16,300 nucleotides of DNA from Nanobdellota archaeon. Lineage in GTDB: Archaea; Nanobdellota; Nanobdellia; Woesearchaeales; JAHWHD01. The notes under the pieces were generated by a model that saw only the letters and a program-made list of their open reading frames with translations, was not told the origin of the DNA and made no database searches. How positions within the stretch are numbered: position 1 is the stretch's first letter; every line of letters starts with the position of its first letter. Where the stretch lies: contig JAYENX010000018.1 of the NCBI GenBank assembly GCA_034722435.1, positions 1-16,300 of the forward strand, given 5' to 3'. Made by a program: the position numbers and the translations under genes. Positions 6,977 through 13,424 of this stretch are shown piece after piece.

Positions 6977-7561
6977 ATGAAATTTATAAAACCTATGTTG
7001 GCATCACGGGGAAATGTTTCTGATCTGGAAAGGAAAAGATATATTTTTGAACCGATGCATGACGGTGTCAGGGTTATAGTTTACAAGTATAAAAGTAGTC
7101 TGAAGATATTTGATTCTGTGGGGAAGAATATAACTAGATTGTTTCCTGAATTATTAAGTCTAAGTAAATATGTTGATGTAAAAGAGTGTGTTTTGGATTG
7201 TGAGATTGTTATTTATAGTAAAGGTAGGCCGGATTTTCAAAAGCTTAAGGAAAGGTTCTTGTTGAAAAGGAAGGAGATAGCTAAGATTTCTAAAGATATT
7301 CCTGCAGTTTTAGTGGTCAAAGATATTTTATATAAAAATGGTAAGAATCTGAGAAATCTTTCATTAATGAAACGTAAAGAAGTTTTAGAGAATACTGTTG
7401 CAGAGACAAATCTTTCTGAAGTAGTGTTTTATTCTGATCACGGGAAAAAGTTGTGGAAGCAAATGTTGGAGAAAGGGTTTAGAGGAGTTATTGCGAAGTA
7501 TAAATCTGGTAAATATGTTTCAGGTAAAACAGTTTCCAGCTGGTTGTGTGTAGGATTATGA
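6977..7561 (+). CDS. Stand-alone ATP-dependent ligase adenylation domain (LigD/LigC-like), predicted catalytically inactive
   Basis: 194 aa: IKPMLA, FEPMHDGVR (motif I, K to M), LDCEIV (III), DFQKL, VKDILY (IIIa, F to K), KRKEVL, FRGVIAK (IV, E to R), SWLCVGL* (V, lysines lost). No OB domain. SD GAGGTG supports ATG 6977. Confidence 0.85.
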   Translation: MKFIKPMLASRGNVSDLERKRYIFEPMHDGVRVIVYKYKSSLKIFDSVGKNITRLFPELLSLSKYVDVKECVLDCEIVIYSKGRPDFQKLKERFLLKRKEIAKISKDIPAVLVVKDILYKNGKNLRNLSLMKRKEVLENTVAETNLSEVVFYSDHGKKLWKQMLEKGFRGVIAKYKSGKYVSGKTVSSWLCVGL

Positions 7562-7589
7562 AATTTATTAATGTAAGGGTTATAATAAT

Positions 7590-8144
7590 ATGAAGGGTAT
7601 CAATGTAAAGGACCTTGTAGCGTATATATTATTAAGTTTTTTTCTTGTATTGTTTTTTGGGTTTGTTTTTTATGAGAAAATAGGGGCTGGAGTGATTGCT
7701 TTCGGTGGTGTTGCATGGGTTCTTCTTGCTATTGGTTTTTATCAAGTTCATAAGAAAGAGAAACATAAAAGGTATGATTTCTTGGAACATTATAATGTAA
7801 TCCTTGCTTCTGTGATTGGTGCCGTAGCTACTTATTATTTAAGTGTTAATTTAGGTTTTGGTGCTGTAATTGGAGCAGGAGTAGTAGGGGTTGCATCTGT
7901 ATATGTATGTAAAATATGGAAATGTGCAAAAGATCTTCCACCGCCTGCGTACATGGGTGCTTTTGTTGGAATGAGTGCGCCATTTGTTTTAAGTTCTTTG
8001 TGGTTCGTTGCTTTAGCTGGAGTGGTTGCAGGAGTGATATATGCGTTGTCGCATGAAGTTTATACTGGGATGGGTGGAAAATTGGGAACGATTGCGTTTA
8101 CAGGTACAGCAATAACAGTTTTTGTGTTGGGGTTGATTTTATGA
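7590..8144 (+). CDS. Uncharacterised integral membrane protein (2 extra N-terminal TMs + ~5-TM core), paralog of next gene
   Basis: About 7 hydrophobic segments; motifs AYMGAFVGMS and GMGGKLGTIAF. Confidence 0.85.
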   Translation: MKGINVKDLVAYILLSFFLVLFFGFVFYEKIGAGVIAFGGVAWVLLAIGFYQVHKKEKHKRYDFLEHYNVILASVIGAVATYYLSVNLGFGAVIGAGVVGVASVYVCKIWKCAKDLPPPAYMGAFVGMSAPFVLSSLWFVALAGVVAGVIYALSHEVYTGMGGKLGTIAFTGTAITVFVLGLIL

Positions 8145-8530
8145 TTGAACAGACTATAACCTTGATTGTTGTTAGTATAATGGGTGCGGTTTTGACGTAT
8201 GATTATAGTGTCAGAGTAAAGAAAGGACCTGTACTTGCTTCTGCGTTGTTATCGCTTATAGTTGGGTTAGTATTTTATTTTTGTCCTCAACTTACAACGC
8301 CTGAACTTGCTAAGTCTATACCTGTAGCTTTCATAGGTGCATCGTTCGCAGGGATGGCGTCTTCAAAGACTATACCTGCAAAATATATGGTTTTTGCTGG
8401 GTTCGTGTTCGGTTTAATATTTGTGAACACTTCAAAGTTTTTTGCAGGGTTTGGCGGCGGACTCGGAACAACTGCCTGTTTATCGTGTGCAATGACTCTT
8501 GGATTGATGTATATATTAAACAAAAAATGA
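8141..8530 (+). CDS. Uncharacterised ~5-TM membrane protein, paralog of previous gene
   Basis: ATGA overlap with the upstream stop. Motifs IGASFAGMAS and GFGGGLGTTAC align to the upstream core. Confidence 0.85.
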   Translation: MIEQTITLIVVSIMGAVLTYDYSVRVKKGPVLASALLSLIVGLVFYFCPQLTTPELAKSIPVAFIGASFAGMASSKTIPAKYMVFAGFVFGLIFVNTSKFFAGFGGGLGTTACLSCAMTLGLMYILNKK

Positions 8531-8565
8531 ATAAATTAGAAAATAGTAAATAAGAAAAAATAAAA
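8531..8565 (-). terminator. T-rich tract after the TRASH-domain gene at a convergent junction
   Basis: Minus strand reads TTTTATTTTTTCTTATTTACTATTTTCT directly after the stop, an oligo-U archaeal-type terminator candidate. Confidence 0.4.
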
Positions 8566-8892
8566 TTATTTTTTAGAAAATTCTTCTGCGCATTTATCAG
8601 AACAGAACCTGTACATTTCGCCGTCAATTTCTTTTTCGATAATGTTTTCTTCAAGAATCTTGCTACATGTATCGCATTTAGCTAGTTGACCTTTACCTTC
8701 GGCGCCTTGCATGAAACCTTCTTCTTCAGCTGAGATTTCTCCATCTTCAACAAGGTTTTCGCGTCCTTCTTCTGTATAAACGTCTTCGTTTTTTTCGCCA
8801 GTCTCCATATCTTCTTTAATTTGTTCTTCAGTTTTATCTTCGGTGAACTGTTCTGGAGCTCTGTGTTGATCATCTAATTTTTCATTTGACAT
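8566..8892 (-). CDS. Small acidic protein with C-terminal TRASH/YHS-like metal-binding domain
   Basis: CDTC-x19-FCSDKC at the C-terminus; Glu/Asp-rich N-terminal part (DVYTEEGRENLVEDGEISAEEEGFMQG). Start trimmed to ATG 8892 with GAGG upstream. Confidence 0.8.
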   Translation of the reverse strand: MSNEKLDDQHRAPEQFTEDKTEEQIKEDMETGEKNEDVYTEEGRENLVEDGEISAEEEGFMQGAEGKGQLAKCDTCSKILEENIIEKEIDGEMYRFCSDKCAEEFSKK

Positions 8893-9130
8893 TTTTTGTT
8901 CCCTCGTTAGCTTTAATTTCAAGTGGATCTGCTGTAGGTGCTGTAGTTGGTGTTGCAGATTCCATCCTTGATGCCCATGCTTTAACTAATATCTCTCCAT
9001 ATGCTCTTCTATACTTAGTGGAATCTTTTAGTCTAGTCATTTCTGCTTCTTTAGAATCTAAATAGGTAAAATCTTCTGAATGTATATGGCCTGAGCCATG
9101 GAATCTTGAATCATAATGTTCGTCTGCCAT
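8882..9130 (-). CDS. Hypothetical protein (82 aa, His-rich N-terminus)
   Basis: ATG 9130 lies 22 nt after a TATA-like CATATAAA (9160-9153). The stop overlaps the next gene's start by 11 nt, and the ORF fills otherwise empty space. Confidence 0.65.
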   Translation of the reverse strand: MADEHYDSRFHGSGHIHSEDFTYLDSKEAEMTRLKDSTKYRRAYGEILVKAWASRMESATPTTAPTADPLEIKANEGTKNVK

Positions 9131-9190
9131 ACTCTCAAAATTTTGAAATGGGTTTATATGTTTTTCTCTTTTATTATATAGTAAACGATA

Positions 9191-9204
9191 GAAACCTTTA
9201 AATA
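9191..9204 (+). promoter_or_regulatory. Putative BRE/TATA promoter of the basic protein gene
   Basis: GAAACC-TTTAAATA (TATA 9197-9204), 23 nt before ATG 9228. Confidence 0.6.
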
Positions 9205-9227
9205 CAGCATATTAAATCTTCAAATAC

Positions 9228-9575
9228 ATGGTAAAAGTACATACTAGGACAAAGAGAAAGTTTGGAAGAGGTAAAGGTACGAGTTTTGGGTTTAAGTTTA
9301 AAGTTACTAATCTAGTTAAAAAGAACAGACCAAAGACTTTTGCAACCGAAGAAGGAGCTAATAAGTATGCTGCTGAGAAAGGTATTAAAAATTATTCTTT
9401 GAAAAAGGTTAAGAAAGATAAGAGATTTCAAGTTGTTGAGACAGTGGCAAAGAAAACAGTTGCGAAAGCTGCTACAAAAGTAGTTGAGAAGCCTGTAGCG
9501 AAACCTGTTGAAAAACTAGCTGAGAAACCTGTTGCAGTAGAGAAAAAACCTGTTGCGCCAGTAGAGAAAGCTTAA
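9228..9575 (+). CDS. Highly basic small protein with Lys/Val/Ala/Glu/Pro low-complexity tail; putative nucleic-acid-binding
   Basis: VHTRTKRK...KKNRPKTFATEEGANKYAAEKGIKNY core followed by a KPVA/KPVE-repeat tail; consensus-like TATA upstream. Confidence 0.8.
   Translation: MVKVHTRTKRKFGRGKGTSFGFKFKVTNLVKKNRPKTFATEEGANKYAAEKGIKNYSLKKVKKDKRFQVVETVAKKTVAKAATKVVEKPVAKPVEKLAEKPVAVEKKPVAPVEKA
9486..9572 (+). repeat. Imperfect coding repeats (KPV x4)
   Basis: AAACCTGTTG at 9501, 9525 and 9546, plus AAGCCTGTAG near 9489; encodes EKPVAKPVEKLAEKPVAVEKKPVAPVEK. Confidence 0.7.
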
Positions 9576-9640
9576 AATAAGATTGATTACTTCTGTTTAG
9601 TTTATGGTTGCCTTTATTGATACTTTGATACCTGCTTTCT

Positions 9641-9931
9641 TTATTCTTGTGATTGGTAGTTTGTTGGGTAAGAAGTAGGTATAGTGTTTGTTGTTGGTTT
9701 TATATTTTTTATAGTTGGCTCTTTATATTTATTAGGGTAATGAGGTTCGTGAGTTAGCAAGATGTAGGTTACCATCCCTGTTAAAGCTGCGGTAGCTAAT
9801 GCTATTGTTAGACATGTAGGTCTGAAACCTCTTCTTTCAAGTCCTGGAAAAGTATCTTCGTCCTGTTGTTGTCTTCTTTCTGGACCGTCATAGTAAATAT
9901 GTACGGATTTTAGAATGTCTTTCAGTGTCAT
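9641..9931 (-). CDS. Single-pass membrane protein with tandem [YF]xGxERR motifs and Pro/Thr-rich C-terminus
   Basis: ATGA overlap with the prs stop. YDGPERR and FPGLERR precede one TM (CLTIALATAALTGMVTYILL) and a T/P-rich tail. Confidence 0.7.
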   Translation of the reverse strand: MTLKDILKSVHIYYDGPERRQQQDEDTFPGLERRGFRPTCLTIALATAALTGMVTYILLTHEPHYPNKYKEPTIKNIKPTTNTIPTSYPTNYQSQE

Positions 9932-11340
9932 GATTTTTTGTTAAATAGATTGTCAAAGTTAGGGAAATGTACTACTTTAATTTTTCGAGTATCTGCATAA
10001 ACTTTACTTACGGATTTTTCATTGTTAAGACTGTATATTGTTTCTGCGTACATAGGTGCTAAACTTATCTCATGATACCAAGGATGGTTTTTTGAGAAAT
10101 TGTTTGGACGAGATATTGAATCTGTAGTAATTAGTTTCTTAATCAATCCATTGTGATATAGTTTATCTAATGTATTTATTGCTTCTCCGCTTAATATTGC
10201 ATGACTGCAAGCAAGGTAAATAGCTACAGGTTTTCTTTTAGCAATCTTTTCGACAAGACGTTTGATTGAACCGCCTGTATCTATCATGTCGTCAACAGCA
10301 AGAACAACAGCGTTTCGGGAGATTGCTTCTTCACCAACCAGCATTACCTCGTCAACAGTGTTGTCTAAAGAATAGTTTCTGTGCTTGTCACCAATCACGA
10401 CTCTGCCCCCTATTTTTCTGGCATAGTATCTAGCTTTTTTAGCTCCGCCCGCATCAGGGCTTGAGACTACTTTTCTGTAAATTACTTTATTATATCCTTC
10501 TTTTCTTAGTTCGGTTTCAATTTCTGGAACAAGAACGTTTGAAGCTCTTAAATTTTCGGCGCTGACATCATAGAATTCTGCAATCTGTGGTGAGTGAAGA
10601 TCTGTAAATATTGCATGGTTAAGACCTATAACTTGGTCAATGGTTGCAATAAGTTTTGCAGTAGAGGCTTCACGTTCTCTTGAATGGTCCTGGCGTGAAC
10701 CGACCATATAAGGGCAAAGCAGAGTTACGCGTTTTGCCCATTTTGCAAGTGTATAAGCAGTAAGCCAACCTTCAACAAGGTTGTCGTTAACAGAACGTTC
10801 TTTTCTTACTCTTTTAATTATTTCTTCAATTTCGTTGGTATCGAAAGCGCGTTCTTTTTGGTTCTGTCTTCTTACATTTCTTCCAAGGCCTTGAATTATG
10901 TCGGTAAGTTCTGGTCTGGGTTCGTAAGGTGAATGTACTAAGTATACGTCTTGGCCACGTACGCTGTTTACGATTCGCATATCTTGATCGGTTAGTAGAG
11001 TATTACGTTTAAGAATAAGTTCTTGGTCTGTAATAGAATCGTCATCATCGCGTCTTGATTTTTGGCGTTTGTAATCAGAAATTACTATATGAAGTTCTTC
11101 GTTACTGAAATCTTCAATCTCAATATGTCGTAAACAGAAATGTCCTGACTTATTACCAAATAGGTGCCTGTTGAAAGCTTTAATCATGTCAATATGTTTT
11201 CGTTCTTCAAGAATTAATGGGTTCCATTCTTCATCAGCTATCCGATGATTTCGTGCATATAGTACTTTGGAAAGTTCAAACGCGATTTTACTACCTAAAC
11301 TTTTTCCAGAACGAGTTGCGAATATTACAGGCATTGCCAT
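9928..11340 (-). CDS. prs: Ribose-phosphate pyrophosphokinase (PRPP synthetase) with N-domain insertions
   Basis: FSNEE, VRGQDVYLV, SVNDNL, PYMVGSRQD, DLHSPQI, SPDAGGAKKA, DKHR, VDDMIDTGGSI, SHAILSG. Start trimmed to ATG 11340 (470 aa); minus-strand TATTTATA at 11376-11369. Confidence 0.92.
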   Translation of the reverse strand: MAMPVIFATRSGKSLGSKIAFELSKVLYARNHRIADEEWNPLILEERKHIDMIKAFNRHLFGNKSGHFCLRHIEIEDFSNEELHIVISDYKRQKSRRDDDDSITDQELILKRNTLLTDQDMRIVNSVRGQDVYLVHSPYEPRPELTDIIQGLGRNVRRQNQKERAFDTNEIEEIIKRVRKERSVNDNLVEGWLTAYTLAKWAKRVTLLCPYMVGSRQDHSREREASTAKLIATIDQVIGLNHAIFTDLHSPQIAEFYDVSAENLRASNVLVPEIETELRKEGYNKVIYRKVVSSPDAGGAKKARYYARKIGGRVVIGDKHRNYSLDNTVDEVMLVGEEAISRNAVVLAVDDMIDTGGSIKRLVEKIAKRKPVAIYLACSHAILSGEAINTLDKLYHNGLIKKLITTDSISRPNNFSKNHPWYHEISLAPMYAETIYSLNNEKSVSKVYADTRKIKVVHFPNFDNLFNKKS

Positions 11341-11430
11341 TTTCTTGATAAAAAATCTTTTTTGGTAGTATAAATACATTTGTGTATTGAAAACTATACG
11401 TATAAAACTCAATATTGTTTTCGCAAACTT

Positions 11431-11438
11431 TTTAAATG
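11431..11438 (+). promoter_or_regulatory. Putative TATA box (TTTAAATG) driving the leader region
   Basis: CAAACTT-TTTAAATG, 21 nt before ATG 11460, the same spacing as several bona fide genes in the window. Confidence 0.45.
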
Positions 11439-11459
11439 AATAGCACTTTTAAAAACGCT

Positions 11460-11501
11460 ATGATAAAAACAACTATTCCATTGATTTCTGTAGCGCTTTA
11501 G
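11460..11501 (+). CDS. Putative 13-aa leader peptide (uORF) MIKTTIPLISVAL
   Basis: ATG 11460 to TAG 11499-11501. Leaderless spacing from the TATA; the stop codon lies in the 5' arm of a hairpin. Confidence 0.35.
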   Translation: MIKTTIPLISVAL

Positions 11502-11577
11502 AGCCTGCTCTAGCTATACGCGAGTTTTTATCTTTGTTTTTGCGACCAGAGAGTGCTCTCTACGTTTTTTTGTTTTT
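11489..11577 (+). promoter_or_regulatory. Three-hairpin leader ending in T-runs (attenuator-like or sRNA)
   Basis: H1: TGTAGC/GCTATA plus TAGAG/CTCTA (11489-11518). H2: CGCGAG/TTTGCG (11519-11544). H3: AGAGA/TCTCT (11548-11561). Then T7-G-T5 (11565-11577). Confidence 0.45.
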
Positions 11578-11634
11578 ACTCTTCAAAAAGTGTTACAAAA
11601 ATTAATATACTCCACAAAACGAGGTTATTGCAAA

Positions 11635-12624
11635 ATGAAACCAATAATTGAAGTAAAGAATTTGAGAAAAGTGTACAAGACCCACAAACGTGAGCAAGGA
11701 TTGCTTAACGCTATCAAGTCAATGATTAGACGGAAGTATGAAGTTAAGGAAGCTTTGCAGGGTGTTAGTTTTACAATCAATAAAGGTGAAGTAGTAGGTT
11801 TAATAGGACCTAACGGTGCAGGAAAATCTACTACTATTAAAGCTCTTTCCGGTGTATTGTATCCTACCTCTGGCAAGGTTCGAGTTATGAATTTTATACC
11901 TTGGGAAGATAGAGAACGTTATGTTAAACATCTTGGAGTTGTATTCGGACAGAAGCATCAGTTATACTGGGACATCCCTGCTTTGGACACGTTTTACTTG
12001 TTTAGAGATTTGTATGATCTTGATAATCGTGATTTCAAAGAAAGATTGGATTTCATGATTAAGTATCTTGAGGTTGAAGAGGTTGTTAAGAAGCCTGTAC
12101 GTGATTTATCTTTAGGAGAAAGAATGAAATGTAAGTTAATAGCTTCGCTAGTGCACAATCCTGAGATGGTGTTTCTTGATGAGCCGTCCATAGGTTTAGA
12201 TGTGATTGCAAAGGATAAGTTAAGAGATTTTGTGAAATCTGTTAACAAGGAGCAGGGAACTACTTTTATCATTACAACGCACGATATGCAGGATATTGAA
12301 AAGTTGTGTAAGAGAATTATCATCATAAACCATGGCGAGGTTGTGTATGACGGTTTATTGGAAAATATTAAGAAAAAATATTTTCAGAATAAAGTGTTAG
12401 ACGTGAAACTTGATGAACCCATGAAAAAGCAGTTTAAGATGGCTGGTTGTAAGATACTTAAGAAGGCTAAGTATGAAATAGTGATAGAGGTAGATACTTC
12501 AAAGCAAAGTATCAGGAAAGTGATAGATTACATGTTAAAGAATCTTGAGTTTGCTGATATTGTAATCTCGGATCCGCCTATTGAAGAAATTATTCAAAAG
12601 ATATACAAGGAGAAAAAGAAATGA
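11635..12624 (+). CDS. ABC-2 type exporter ATP-binding protein (COG4586-like)
   Basis: Walker A GPNGAGKST, signature variant LSLGERMK, Walker B VFLDEP, H-loop TTHD. Start trimmed to ATG 11635 (SD GAGG 11621-24; TTAATATA 11602-09). Confidence 0.95.
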   Translation: MKPIIEVKNLRKVYKTHKREQGLLNAIKSMIRRKYEVKEALQGVSFTINKGEVVGLIGPNGAGKSTTIKALSGVLYPTSGKVRVMNFIPWEDRERYVKHLGVVFGQKHQLYWDIPALDTFYLFRDLYDLDNRDFKERLDFMIKYLEVEEVVKKPVRDLSLGERMKCKLIASLVHNPEMVFLDEPSIGLDVIAKDKLRDFVKSVNKEQGTTFIITTHDMQDIEKLCKRIIIINHGEVVYDGLLENIKKKYFQNKVLDVKLDEPMKKQFKMAGCKILKKAKYEIVIEVDTSKQSIRKVIDYMLKNLEFADIVISDPPIEEIIQKIYKEKKK

Positions 12625-13424
12625 GTTATCTTCGGCAGTTGAAAGGACAGATTAATGCAGGATTTAAAACTGCGTTAGCTTACAGGTTTGACTTTTTTGT
12701 AACCTTGTTCACAGCTCCGATTAGTTTGATAATTTATTACTTTTTATGGAAAAGTATATTTGAATATTCTGGGGCTGAAATCATTAACGGGTTTACGTTT
12801 ACTGCAATGGTGAGTTATTATGTACTTAACATGATTGTTGGATTTTTTACCTGGTCAGATGTAGAAAAATGGATGCAGTTTGATATTTTACGGGGCGAGC
12901 TAGTGTTTGAGTTATTAAAACCTGTAAGGCATATGACTTCAGCTATCTGTTTTGAAGGTGGGATGAATTTGTTAAGTATTATTATACAAGCGATCCCTAT
13001 ATTGGCTGTAGGTATTTTGTTTTTTGCAATGCCGGCTGCAAGTATAATCAACTTTTTATTGTTCATAGTTGCGTTAATAGTTGCTTATCTAATTTATTTC
13101 ATGATAAGTTATATCATCGGAGTTGCAGCGTTTTGGTTGAAAAGAATAGATGGTTTGCACAGGGCAAAGAAACCTATCATTACATTTTTAGCAGGAGGTT
13201 TGATACCTTTAACTTTTTTCCCTGAAGGTTTACAGGCTGCGTTAAAGTATTTGCCGTTTCAGTATGTTAGGTTTATTCCTATTAACATATATTTAGGGAA
13301 TTTTGGGGTGTTAGAGAGTTTAGAGTTTATAGGGATAGGTTCAATCTGGGTACTTGGTCTGTATATTTTGATAAGGTTTATGTGGAAAAGGGCAATGAAT
13401 AAGTTTACAGGTGCAGGAGTATGA
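12621..13424 (+). CDS. ABC-2 family permease (DUF990/COG4587-like)
   Basis: About 6 TMs; AYRFDF, DILRGEL..ELLKP, LAGGLIPLTFFP, LKYLPF. ATGA overlap with the ATPase. Confidence 0.9.
   Translation: MSYLRQLKGQINAGFKTALAYRFDFFVTLFTAPISLIIYYFLWKSIFEYSGAEIINGFTFTAMVSYYVLNMIVGFFTWSDVEKWMQFDILRGELVFELLKPVRHMTSAICFEGGMNLLSIIIQAIPILAVGILFFAMPAASIINFLLFIVALIVAYLIYFMISYIIGVAAFWLKRIDGLHRAKKPIITFLAGGLIPLTFFPEGLQAALKYLPFQYVRFIPINIYLGNFGVLESLEFIGIGSIWVLGLYILIRFMWKRAMNKFTGAGV

Noticed and set aside
158-7561. Canonical NHEJ (Ku/LigD) operon
   Set aside because: No Ku, PrimPol or phosphoesterase domains in the window; the ligase-like domain is inactive and the genes are not co-operonic.
6742-8530. Fluoride riboswitch plus Fluc/CrcB pair
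   Set aside because: GTTCGCC is present but the upstream GGCGATG partner and the downstream consensus are missing. The membrane proteins lack the Fluc GxxxR and GxCGxxTTFS motifs.
8682-8873. 63-aa Lys-rich ORF on the minus strand
   Set aside because: Alternative frame inside the TRASH-domain gene; the Lys content is a frameshift read of Glu codons.
3149-11634. Long N-terminal extensions in the track (hydrolase from 3295, TRASH protein from 8922, prs from 11412, ABC ATPase from 11590)
   Set aside because: The extensions cross promoter/intergenic DNA or overlap neighbouring genes. Downstream ATGs match homologous N-termini and TATA/RBS spacing.
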